Source of the DNA: Botryllus schlosseri
Taxonomy: Eukaryota
Direction of reading: 5' to 3'
Length of the DNA stretch: 64,000 bases
NCBI GenBank assembly: GCA_051294905.1
Contig: CM119384.1
Span: 6,696,001-6,760,000, forward strand
Shown: one piece after another, positions 10,201-22,200 of the stretch
Layout: each line of letters opens with the position of its first letter
Position numbering within the stretch: the stretch's first letter is position 1
Position numbers and translations under genes: made by a program
The notes under the pieces: model-generated
Databases searched by the model: none
What the model was told of the DNA's origin: nothing
The model's input: only the letters and a program-made list of their open reading frames with translations

Positions 10201-13200
10201 ACCCAACAATGTTATGTTATCGCTCTTTGTTCTTTTCCCATCTGTCTGTCAAATAGCTGAACTATACCGCTGCCGGTGACGAGATGTTATCTCCGGTTTA
10301 TATAAAATGCACAGCACATGATTGTCCGATAATAATACCCACATTCACGCATCTCGTCCGAAAATTTGAAAAAAAAACAAAAAAATCAAAAAAATCAAAA
10401 TGCTAACATTAAAATCAAAAATCAACGAAAAAAACCTGATTTAAATCACACTGATTTAAATCAGCCTGATTTAAACCAGAAGCCTAACGCCAACCTATAT
10501 CGACGTACATAGTTTGGTGCATTCAATATTTATAACCTGCAGCGTCGTCATTGACGATGCGATTGACTATGATGAGTTTGGTGATTAGCCACAGCTTCCT
10601 GGTGTATACGCGATGCTTTTGTAATGCATACTACCAGCTGACATTGTCTGCACGTCTAAGATTTCAGTCCCAGATGAACGTTAACAGTATACGCGTTTCG
10701 CAAATTAGTAGTGGAGTTTTTGAGAAATAATCCACATCTCTTCATTTCACGAGCGATTGCAGGAGTTGATGACTCTACCTCGTGTATTGCGGATGTACGA
10801 GAAGCGAGCTGAGCAGTGAGCACATATCATACACAAGTTTCTAGACCTCAAAAAATATTGGCATCCATTATTACTAGGGCAAGTTTTCGCAACTTTTGCA
10901 ACTTCTGTTTTACAGCTTCCGGCAGCTTCCTAAATACTCAGAAGTTATGTAGTATGGTGTTTTAAGCTGTCTGGACGGCTCTTATATTATAACTTTTGCA
11001 AGTTTTTTCGATTCTTCATACAACTAACGTTTTACTGGTAATATTTGGCACTATATGTAAATAGATCGCTTGATTATTTCACTGTCGTTTAAATTTGAGG
11101 TCCTTTCTGATTTGAAGTACATTCAGGCTAGACCGCCGAAAATAATATTTTCACTGGGTCAATTTTCTCAGGCTATTGATTTCATTGAAGTCACTGAGTT
11201 TTGCTACAGTGCCTTGGATACGGATCGATTCGGGTATCTCATACCCTAATAATTTCAAGGAACTTGTCTATAAATGCTACTTTTGTGAAAAATACATGCA
11301 ACTGTCCACGTATTTGAAAGCAACAAAAACCTGCCCTAATTATTACCGTTTTGATAATTTGAGAAATTCCACATTTGCCACTGCTTATTCCCTTTGAAGC
11401 TTGCTACGTATTTGGTGTGGCATAGTACTCTATAATAATATTAGTAGGAGTAATGTACTCATCAAGCCATTACGTGGTAGTGATAGTTTGATACTACAGC
11501 GAAAATCGCTGTGAAATTGTAATGTCGACACCGATGGATAAATTCAATTTTTCTCTGCATTGAGTTATGCGTTGCAGTACATAGACTCTCTGTCTATAAC
11601 TCTGTAGTTTCAGCAAATCGCCATAGGATCAAGACCATTGTTTCAATTGTGATGTAATCCGACGCTTCTCGAATTCTTACGACCTACCGATTAAGAAGTC
11701 GTGAGATGCGTATATTAAACATTTTACTGCGGTTTGATGAGTGCTGAATAAACAAACATATCGTTCACATAACCAATTTCAGTATTGTGCATTTTGAGCA
11801 AACACGACTTAGGATATTGTATTCTCATTTAACTGTAGCAAACTATTGAATTCATTAGGGGTGCCACAATTGTTGAAAAGTTTTCAAAGGGCGCCGTCCA
11901 CATAAATATCTTTGGGAAAAGTTACTCTAGCTATAAGCCTATATATGGTTACATTGAGTCAAACAACGAAACGCGTTGCAAAATATTCATCGGGAAAGGA
12001 TATCACAAACTCAGCAAAAGTTTAAGTGCGACTGTCGATAGTTATTTTTAACATTCCTTCCATGTGATAATGAAAGACCTGTCATTGACCCGTCAATAAC
12101 GGTGCATAAACTGATGCCTTTAATTCCAGACAAAAACATCTCTGTAGTCATGATCGATTGCATAACTTATCTATTGCAAATAGGCGTGAGTAGCGCGAAC
12201 CTACCACGGTTGATGTGAGTCAGAGCAAAAAGGTTTGCTGATTAGATTTTGAAACACAGATTCGTATGGGGAGAGCGATTACTAATTCCGATGGCCAATG
12301 GTTATTGGTCATGGACAATTGTACGGAGTACATTCACGATTTTATCATATATTCTCAGAATGGTACTTTGGTTGTAGCGTTGTTGTTAATAATAATAATT
12401 CTATTTTGATGTTATTTCGACTGTACTGCTGACAAAACTCTTGGTTTGGTGATAGGCCTGTGGACGCTATTGCAGTCCACGCCACATCCAAGGCAGCGCT
12501 GATGAAGAACTCAATGCGCGTGATAACTATAATTCGGATTCTAATACTCAGTCTACGCAGAGCGCAGGCACCGACGCAAGACTACTTGATATTATCGAAT
12601 GTCGCGAATTGACAATATGTGGCATAGTCCTGTACCATGCTACAGTAAGCAATTTTATTATGCACAAATTTTCGCCCTGCAAATCTGTTACCTGGTGTTG
12701 GGATGAATTGAGAATATTCTCAATACTTTCTGTTTTACCTGCTCAATAAGCAATTCGCTGCTATTTCATTGTTACGAAAATGACTTCGCCCTTTACCTGA
12801 GAGCGTCGGTACTATCTAAATATTGCGCAAGCCCTGGTTGAGCCGACCTGCATTTGACGCAAGCGACGGTCGAGAAATGTCCACTTTAGCTTAGCCGTCA
12901 CAAAGAATGGTAGAGTTGATTGGTTGTATCTGTTGCTGAAACCTAACGTTTCGGCCCTGTCACGTCTTGTTAGTCTATTGAAGTGAAGTGTAATCAAGCC
13001 ACGGTGCTGCGACCTTTAAGACAAAGACGCCCGAAGGAAACCTATCTTCAGTTCAGTCTGCACTCAGATTATTATTGACATGAACGAGGGATATGTTCGA
13101 AGGTGCTAACATGCTCTTGTATTATTACGGGTTCTGGTTCAACTGCAGTTAGTTGCTTAGCAATCATAGTGCGTCAGGTATACCTTGACTGACACGCTAA

Positions 13201-13223
13201 CTCCTTTCCCACTGGTATCGAGA

Positions 13224-16200
13224 ATGGGCGGAAAGAAGACAGTGAACATAAAGGCTATTTTGATCTGTTCCGGGGCATCGTCATGTGCAGTTGTAGCAGG
13301 TTTTGCCATAAGCTTCAGTTCTGTGGCTATGGACGATTTAAGTAATGGCATGGGCGGGGAGCTGCAACTCGCATCAGAGCAAGCAACATGGTTCGGGGTA
13401 TGTAAACAGTTTTGTTCTGCGTCGGAAACCGCAATTCATTGGCTAATATAGCGACCATACAGTCAATATTACGCAGAATACTTGACTATTTCCAATTTAC
13501 CTCGCTCATTTCATCTCTAACATCCAAGGAAACTACATTTTATTTATTATTCAACAGAGCCTGCTTCCGTTGATGGCGATATTCGGTAGTCTACTCAGTG
13601 GGCCGATAATGGATTATTTCGGACGCAGAGTAGCCCTTCTCACCGTTGCGTTATCCTTCTTCGTCAGTTGGGTTCTCATGTGCCAGGCGTACGGTCTTCC
13701 TCTTTTGTTCATAGGAAGAGGACTCTCGGGATTCGCGACTGGAATGTCAACCGCTGTGATACCGGTGCGATATGAATGAATTTAGATTATTTCGTCACGA
13801 ATTTTCTCGAATTGATACAATCCTTCGGTGGTTTCACTCTGTGTTTGACGTTGGCTTTCGTCGTTTTTCGTCGTATGCGACACCAAATTATTACGTCCGT
13901 TCACATGGTGAAGCCATTCCGTATCCGAGTAGTCGTGGCGTGACAGTTGTCTCAGCGACTCGTACAAACGACTCCCTCGCATGGAATTCGCGACTCTGAC
14001 TAACAGATTGAAAGCGCGATTCGGACTGGTCATAATGTCCCTACTCCGACTCCCCATGTTTAGTGATTCAAATCCGATGCCAGCAACTTTTATAAGCCCT
14101 CGGGCATTTTAGGAATTATGTGTCGAGACCAAAAACAGGTTTAAATCGACTCTTTGAGGCCGACTTGAGAAGTAAACTGGTCATATTTTTGACTTCATCG
14201 ATTTCCTCTGAAGCTAAACTGCGACGTTATCATTTGCGACCTCTATATATAAAGTACGCTATGCAGTGCAATCGTAGGCTACACCTTGCTTTACTGGTTT
14301 TTCGGACGACCAGATATAGTTTTAGTCTGTACCAATCTTCCCGAGTCAATGTGGCGAGGCCATACACAATTCCTTTCCAAAATTGTAAATACGTCGCATA
14401 CTAATGCAGCCGCAATAGCAATAAGCACGATTCTTCCCATAATCGTCTTTACGTGTGTGCGTGTTTCGCGAATGCTGCTTTGTTCAGATGTACATATCGG
14501 AAGTCAGTCCGAGTCACTTAAGGGGCACGATGGGAGCTTCCTTCAGTGTAGCTCTGGCCCTGGGTCTCCCAATGGGTTACTGCAGTGGAATATGGCTCGA
14601 CTGGAGGCAGGTTGCTGAAATCGGAGCTACCACATGTACAGGCGTTTCGTTTCCATATTCTTAGGGCATTTACGGAATGCGATATTCATTTTAGCCTGCA
14701 TATCATTCGTGATTATCTTCATGCTGCCAGAAAGCCATTACTGGTTGATCAGGCAGGGAAGGCTGCTTGAAGCTACGAAGGCGATGGAAACGATTCGGGG
14801 ATCGTCCTTCGACATTTCCCCTGAATTTGATGATATTCAGTTGCTTCAGAAGGAGGTATGGGGTGGTTGGCGTGTTTTGTAAAATCATCTCATAGTCTCT
14901 ACGTAACGTGATTATAATGAAATACGCAGCTCAAGCATGTATGAAGGCACATATACAGCCTCCTGCGTATATACAATAACACACGGAAATGACGGCATGC
15001 GGTATTCCATGTCAAGATGTCCGACACCTTACATTCGTGACTGTACTGACAATATGTATATATGATGACTGTGCTTCCATTGTTGTGAGCTTCGTTTGTG
15101 TTTCGGTCACTGCAGAAAATGCGACATATCATCGTTTTACCATTTGCATAATACATGCGTCCGTGCTGGTTGTTGGCGCGACGATATAATAATCTCGACT
15201 GCCCTCTCTTTCCACAGTTTAATTGTGAAATTTGAGAGTAGTTTTAATTTGCACATGGCTCACCAAGTCAACAGTTCCAACAGAAAAGCTTCTTGGAGGT
15301 GCAGAACTTCAATACACAATTAAATAGTATATTCATATTGAAATGAAGCCGAACATTTTCGGCTGACACTCGTCAGGGGTAATCGTCAGTAACTAGCTGC
15401 CAGCCGAAAATATTCTGGTACATTTCAATATCAATGTACTATTCAATTCCTACAGAATAAAAGAGATTGACAGAGAAAAGCTGTTCGGAACTAGCGTCTA
15501 TAGAAAGTCCTATACCTTGACCAAGGTTGAAGTTCGAAAATTGTAATGCGTTACGGAGAAACCGATCTCGCATTAGCGATTGCTCGTTTAGTGCACATTT
15601 GTTTGTATCCCTAGTTATAACTGATATTGGCGCTCTTGCTGCATGCAAATAGAGTTTCAAGTACAGATAATCGCCTTGTTTTAAAAGATCAGCGACGATC
15701 GAATCACGTGCGCGGACATCGCGTCGAAGACATTTCTAAAACCCGTTGGCATCGGAGTCGCGTTGATGGTGTTCCAGCAATGTAGCGGCGGGAATGTGAT
15801 ATTTTTCTACGCACACGAGATATTTCGAAAAGCCGGGTTTGATCAGGGTATGTACTATGTATCTAATACTAATGTATGCATGCTGAGTTTGTCAAAAGTG
15901 GTCGTCGCCTGTAGGCCTATTCAAGTACAAGTAGAATTTCGATTTTCTAGTCGCAATTTTATAAATATTCTACTCAAGTGCAAGTAGAAGTAATAGTTTC
16001 CAAGACATGTCGAAATATCTTCAAGGGGGAGTAGAGAACGAAATTCTGAAAAGTAATCCAATATGTGGCTTCAATGAGTGGATTTGTTCGAGGGGTCGCG
16101 TGCTTTTAGAAGTCAAACGGAGGCGATTGCTTTTGAAATAGCATGGTTATTCGCGACAAACGCAACATGACTAACGGTACTACCAGTAAGTGTCATTTTC

Positions 16201-19200
16201 GGATGTAAGTTCAGTTACCATAGTAAAAGGGTACTTTTCGCAGATGGTATGGCAATTTCACTTATAAAGATGACACAAATATACTTCAAACTACTTTCTA
16301 ATTTTTAATATTTAAAGTGTAAAGTTTGACCCAAAAACTGTTTGAGTTGAAGGGGAAGCAACCCAATACCAACACTTGATTAAATGGCGCATGTAAGGCA
16401 AAACCTATAAGTACTCCTACAAAGTAGAACGCTTTCGTTACTGATCGCCTCTATGTTTTGTATATGTTGATATCAATCAAGTCTGTTGGCAACCTGTTCG
16501 AGTACTGTAATACATATACCATGTCACCAGTCGTTCATATATGTTTTTGCAGAAGCAATCGCTAGTGTTTTAGCGAGCGGCATGCAAGTGTTCTCTATTG
16601 CGTTCGCGACAATACTTGTTGATCACGTAGGCCGCCGCAGGCTTCTGTGCTGTTCAGCACTTGGAATGGGAATATGTCACCTCTTCATCGGCGCCTGCAT
16701 GTTTTACATTAACGAAGGTATGTTTTTAACAAGTCACAATCAAATCGTCCAGTAATCAGAACGATCAGTATAATGTAACTGTATAAACCGTATACTGGCA
16801 CTCTGGCAGAGATGACCGGCAACGAGATACTTTCTTTTACTTATACTTGAGTAGCAATACCGACTACTTTGACCACCTCTTGGTAGTCAGGCGTATAGTA
16901 CACCTACACCGTTATTCCATTTTGCATTGCTCACTCTATTATTATGATACTTTTTCGGCGCATGTAATACTATATCTTAGCCTATATCCAATGTGGTGGG
17001 TCACATGCATACTCAAGCTACTATACCCATCGTACATCATATAAATATACTGTCGAATCTATTCCTAATGCGTATTTACATGGATGTGATTCCTTGTCCA
17101 TGGGAAGGGGGTTGACTCACACAGTACATAGTACATAGGTCTGTATATTTAAATGAGCAATATATTCATTTTGCCATCCAGGCGAAATGACCAGTGTATA
17201 ACAGCGAGTGTCTCAGTGACGAGGCGTTGAAAATAGCTAGTAATTCAAAATAGCGAGCTTATTAGGGACAGTGTTAAATTGCATACGGTTAGTGTTAGGT
17301 GCATGGTCAGGTTAGGGTTAGGTTAGATTTGAATGAATGACTATCCTGACACTCGCCTCGATAATGCCTCGATATTATTGCAACCGCTCTTTTAAACTCG
17401 CTGCATTGACTCTTACTGTCGTTACACATACATAGCTTATACGCCCATGCTATACCTGTCGAAATAAACGCGGCGTCGTATCCCTTAGACATTTTGACAT
17501 GTTTCAACTTTTCTCTTAATATGTCTTTCATTTGCTTGGGTGAAACCGACAGATCTGTAAGCTGCAATCAAGGTATATTTGAATGGGCAGACTGTTGAGA
17601 GAAAAGGCAGTGTTTCGGAACAACAACCTTCCACTGGAATTATAATCAACGATGAAGCGAACTAGAATGCAAAATTATATATAGTTTACCCGCTGATGTG
17701 AGCATACGCGACCACGCGAGACGAAACCACCGCCTTCGGTCGACGCATGCAGGATTATGCACTTGAGCAATCCGGTTAATTAAAAAATGTCATAAGTTTC
17801 TCCTGAAAGCTTTACCTTTTGCGCTAACCATTCTTAGCAACATACGCATATAAATCCGACTGATGGTTACGACCACTAAGTACTGAATCTGTTATTTCAT
17901 TTTCGCTGCGGGAATCAGAACAAAACTTTAAAGGAAACTTGTTTTGTTTGTGGCTTATATACATCCGGCACATTTCTCAATTCCTAATGTGCTTTTGTAC
18001 CGTCGATTGGATAAAAACAGCAGGGGTTGTTTTCTGGGCGCTCCATATTAGTCCATCGTCGGTTGAAATTAATTTTAGACAGTTGGAATGAATGATGCCG
18101 TTTCCCCAGTAGTTCCATAATGTTTTGGTGATTTCCGCCATTTGTGCATTGCAAATGGATATATATATATATGGTATTGCGATAATTCCGAACTGAACAT
18201 GAGCGATGAGTAGAGCACGTTCAACAGCCGCACAGAGTAAAAACTTATTCATACGTTGCAATCGGCTATGATTTTTATTACGAGTTAGATCTCTGAACCC
18301 TTCAAAAATTTAGATGAAACCTCGGGGAATATAACCGCAATATGCAAGTTCCTAGCGAACTGGATCTCTAGATTCGATAAATCGCGCATGTGATAGGCTG
18401 ACGTTCACTTGCCGGTATCTAGTTAAATCACGATGTCTGTAACTTATTACCCCAGAAGCATATATTTCGGTTGTCGTAGACTTGTACTGTGGCGTTTGTA
18501 CATTTGCACATGCACACTATAATGTCTCTATACTTATGTTATTACAGGAGTTGCAACTTGTTATATCCGTGGTTCGCATATAAGAGCCTCTGTATTTTTG
18601 GTATGGAAGTGTGATAAGTAAATAAGAATGATTACGCATGTGGGATCTATGGCCCCAGAAATATTTCATTACTGCAATGTTGGGTTCCGGCTATCGTACA
18701 ATCTAAATTCCGCCCGTCGCCCATACACACACATTAAAAACTGCTCCCACTAAATAATCACCTATCAGGCGCGCTCCCCGCGACCCCCAGTCGGTGCGCG
18801 TTGCTGACTCTGATTAAGGTAGTTCTCGAACGATTAGCGGTCACCAGTTTATGTGGATAACATTACTGGTCGGGGTCTTTGTGTTTCTCCACCCATCTAC
18901 ACTGCCACTTTTTTTATAATCCAACTTGTACTTGGCATGCATATGAGTAGGAGTTTAATTTTGAGGTGGGATTTGAAGCGTGTAGCGCAGTGGTTCTTAA
19001 CCTTATCTCCAGCGCCCCTCAAGGGGTGATTTGGATATTAGAGGGGGTGGAAACGCCAAGGGCGCGAAATGGGGGGGCGCTTGGCTCAGAGGGGCGGTAT
19101 GGGGGCGCTGACGAAAGATGGCGTCTCAGTAGATAATGTAGTAGAGGCTTATGATTATATAATAGCTTCTTTGAGGTACAGAACTTCAATATACAATTGA

Positions 19201-22200
19201 ATAGCATATTCATATTAAAATGAACCCGAATATTTTCGGCTGACACTCGTCAGGGGTAATCGTCAGCAACTAGTAGAGAATTCGAAAGAACAGTGTATAT
19301 CAACAATCGTAGCACAAAATATGACGTCACCAGCACGAAATGTCGAATACGAGAGCGTTCAATGTACTATTTTTAGATGATACACGAACTCTTTTTGTTG
19401 ACACAGCCTTGGCTGGTGTATTTTGATAAAAGTCGACTCCAAGGCGCACAAATGAAAGTGTGAGCGACCCTTTCCGAGTATGCGAAATCTGTCGTCTCGA
19501 TAATTTTTCGCACAGGCGGGATTATCCAACAAGTGTTTGCCAATTGCAGAATTTATGGCCTTTGATTGGTCCGCATCAATCTTGAGCGGGTGAGTTAAGG
19601 GTGAGCTTTTCATCGAGCGTGTTCTAATGAATCTAGGGACATGCTGATTTATGCGTTCCTGCAAGCGCTTTGACGTTCTTCCCACGTAGCCACAATCACA
19701 GTGGCACTTAAATTCATAAACTACATTGCTTTGCTGAAGTGCGGGTAGCACGTCTTTACGTGTTGCGGGGAGCAGTTGCGTTGTCGTGAAAATCACGTTG
19801 GTCTTCACTGTGTCGTAACACTTATTGACCGCTGAAATCAATTGCTTTTCAAAGCGGGTGGAAATAGGCCCTATCCAAGGTAGATGGATGTAAACATCTT
19901 TGGTTGTTCGTTCGGTAGGCTCTGTTGACTTTTCTGCATTGAAATGTGTTACTTTCCTCTCTATGCCACGGTTGATGACATGTTCAGGGTAACCGTTATC
20001 AAGTAAGATTTTCCGGATATTGTCAAGTTCTGAGTTCAGTTTATTACCCGAACATATCATCAACGCTCTATGCACGAGGGTGCCTATGAGGTTGATTTTT
20101 CTGCGGCTGGCCAATACCTTCGTTGGAACTCATTTAGTCCTAGCCGCAGAAAAATCAACCTCATAGGCACCCTCGTGCATAGAGCGTTGATGATATGTTC
20201 GGGTAATAAACTGAACTCAGAACTTGACAATATCCGGAAAATCTTACTTGATAACGGTTACCCTGAACATGTCATCAACCGTGGCATAGAGAGGAAAGTA
20301 ACACATTTCAATGCAGAAAAGTCAACAGAGCCTACCGAACGAACAACCAAAGATGTTTACATCCATCTACCTTGGATAGGGCCTATTTCCACCCGCTTTG
20401 AAAAGCAATTAATTTCAGCGGTCAATAAGTGTTACGACACAGTGAAGACCAACGTGATTTTCACGACAACGCAACTGCTCCCCGCAACACGTAAAGACGT
20501 GCTACCCGCACTTCAGCAAAGCAATGTAGTTTATGAATTTAAGTGCCACTGTGATTGTGGCTACGTGGGAAGAACGTCAAAGCGCTTGCAGGAACGCATA
20601 AATCAGCATGTCCCTAGATTCATTAGAACACGCTCGATGAAAAGCTCACCCTTAACTCACCCGCTCAAGATTGATGCGGACCAATCAAAGGCCATAAATT
20701 CTGCAATTGGCAAACACTTGTTGGATAATCCCGCCTGTGCGAAAAATTATCGAGACGACAGATTTCGCATACTCGGAAAGGGTCGCTCACACTTTCATTT
20801 GTGCGCCTTGGAGTCGACTTTTATCAAAATACACCAGCCAAGGCTGTGTCAACAAAAAGAGTTCGTGTATCATCTAAAAATAGTACATTGAACGCTCTCG
20901 TATTCGACATTTCGTGCTGGTGACGTCATATTTTGTGCTACGATTGTTGATATACACTGTTCTTTCGAATTCTCTACTAGTTGCTGACGATTACCCCTGA
21001 CGAGTGTCAGCCGAAAATATTCGGGTTCATTTTAATATGAATATGCTATTCGATTATATAATAGAACAACATCTTTATATATCTCCAAGTTCTCATTAAA
21101 AATTAACATTCCACAAAATCTGTCAAATCTCGAAATTTTTCGTCGCGCTCCGCGCGAAATTTAGACGCACACTGTTTCCATGAATGCAGTGGTTTATTAT
21201 AATTCATGTAAAATGAATTGCGCGTACTTCTTGATTACCAATTCCCCGTTAAAACACCCCCGTCACGCTAGCTCGGGATATTTTCCACAAAATGTTTCGA
21301 GATAGGTATTGTATACTGTCGTGTATATCGTGTCGTAATTGAAGAGGTACTGCTGTACCACTTATGAGAGTGATGCCCTTTGTACATTACAGATGCTTTG
21401 ACTCTTTCCGGCCAAAATGATTACCGAAATATAATTGTATTTGAGAGTTACAAAATTAATTCGTCAGAATATTTCTTCATCGTCTCATAGAGGATGATAC
21501 TGTCTAGTTTTGTGATCCACAACCCACATGAACGTTATATAATATGGTTTACTTTGTTTGGAATACATTCTTTTTAAAGTTAAGAGCTGGGTGGAGTATT
21601 AAATTCAGTATGAGCAAAGATCTCTGCCACATTCAGTTGATTTACTACCAACACAAAACAACAAAACAAATACCAATACAATTAACTTTCCCGTATTGCC
21701 AACCGCAGAGGCGAATTCGGGATGTATACATTGGGCTCGAACCAGATGGTTTGAGCTGGTAGGCATACCCGATGGTTGTTATAAACAACAACCTTGATTT
21801 GGTCCCGAATATCGAACATATATAAGTATGTTATCGTTAATTACTCGAGTTATCCTAGGGAGCGATTTAAGCGCGAAATATTTCCAATGGTAAAGTCTCA
21901 ACCTAAAAAGACCTACCAGACTTCGACTATCTACCCATTGTTTTTACTACAGTCCTTAAAATAGGGGGGGGGGGCGCCAGACCCAGGCAATTTTTGAAAA
22001 GGGGCGCTGGAGGAAAAAAGGTTAAGAACCACTGGTGTAGCGTTTCCGATTCGATCAACATGGGGAACAGGAACTCCGGCTTCAATTTATAACCTTTGAA
22101 TTCCTTCCGCCCTATCGTATTATGGGAAGCGTTATCCGTAAACAGCAGATCAAGAACAATTAGAATGTTGCAGCGCGCGTCACACGAGGGTCAACAAGAA

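Larger units (their letters stand above)
8881..10486. mobile_element. Non-autonomous hAT element containing a LINE tail and a SINE
   Basis: TIR TAGGGTTCTGGTTTAAATCA/TGATTTAAACCAGAAGCCTA; perfect TSD ACGCCAAC; TGATTTAAATC subterminal repeats. Confidence 0.9.
19166..21051. mobile_element. Penelope-like retroelement (PLE), 5'-truncated inverted duplication
   Basis: Arms 19199-20108 and 20142-21051 (910 bp, no indels), 33-nt spacer, 33-nt extra tail 19166-19198, and a 13-bp TSD GATTATATAATAG (19153-19165, 21052-21064). Confidence 0.93.
18988..22034. mobile_element. Non-autonomous Buster-type hAT element hosting the Penelope palindrome
   Basis: TIR CAGTGGTTCTTAACCTT/AAGGTTAAGAACCACTG; perfect TSD GTGTAGCG with central TA. 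Confidence 0.9.

Noticed and set aside
12456-12644. Open segment ending at a good donor (ACA|GTAAGC) with a DARLL dileucine-like motif, a possible upstream transporter exon
   Set aside because: No in-frame ATG, a weak acceptor and no convincing downstream partner; needs RNA-seq.
14642-14694. Possible GC-AG intron in the transporter
   Set aside because: The GT donor at 14636 gives the WR-to-PE spacing recalled for GLUT8, so a 59-nt GT-AG intron is preferred.
17288-17327. TTAGGG-like repeats
   Set aside because: Only 2-3 degenerate units, too short for an interstitial telomere; probably part of a repeat.
18548-18600. TACAG...TTG|GTATGG candidate micro-exon in transporter intron 6
   Set aside because: 53 nt, breaks the phase 1-1 frame.
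20070-20111. ATG-initiated N-terminus MHEGAYEVDFSAAG of the 273-aa ORF
   Set aside because: It is antisense sequence from the left palindrome arm, not a real start.
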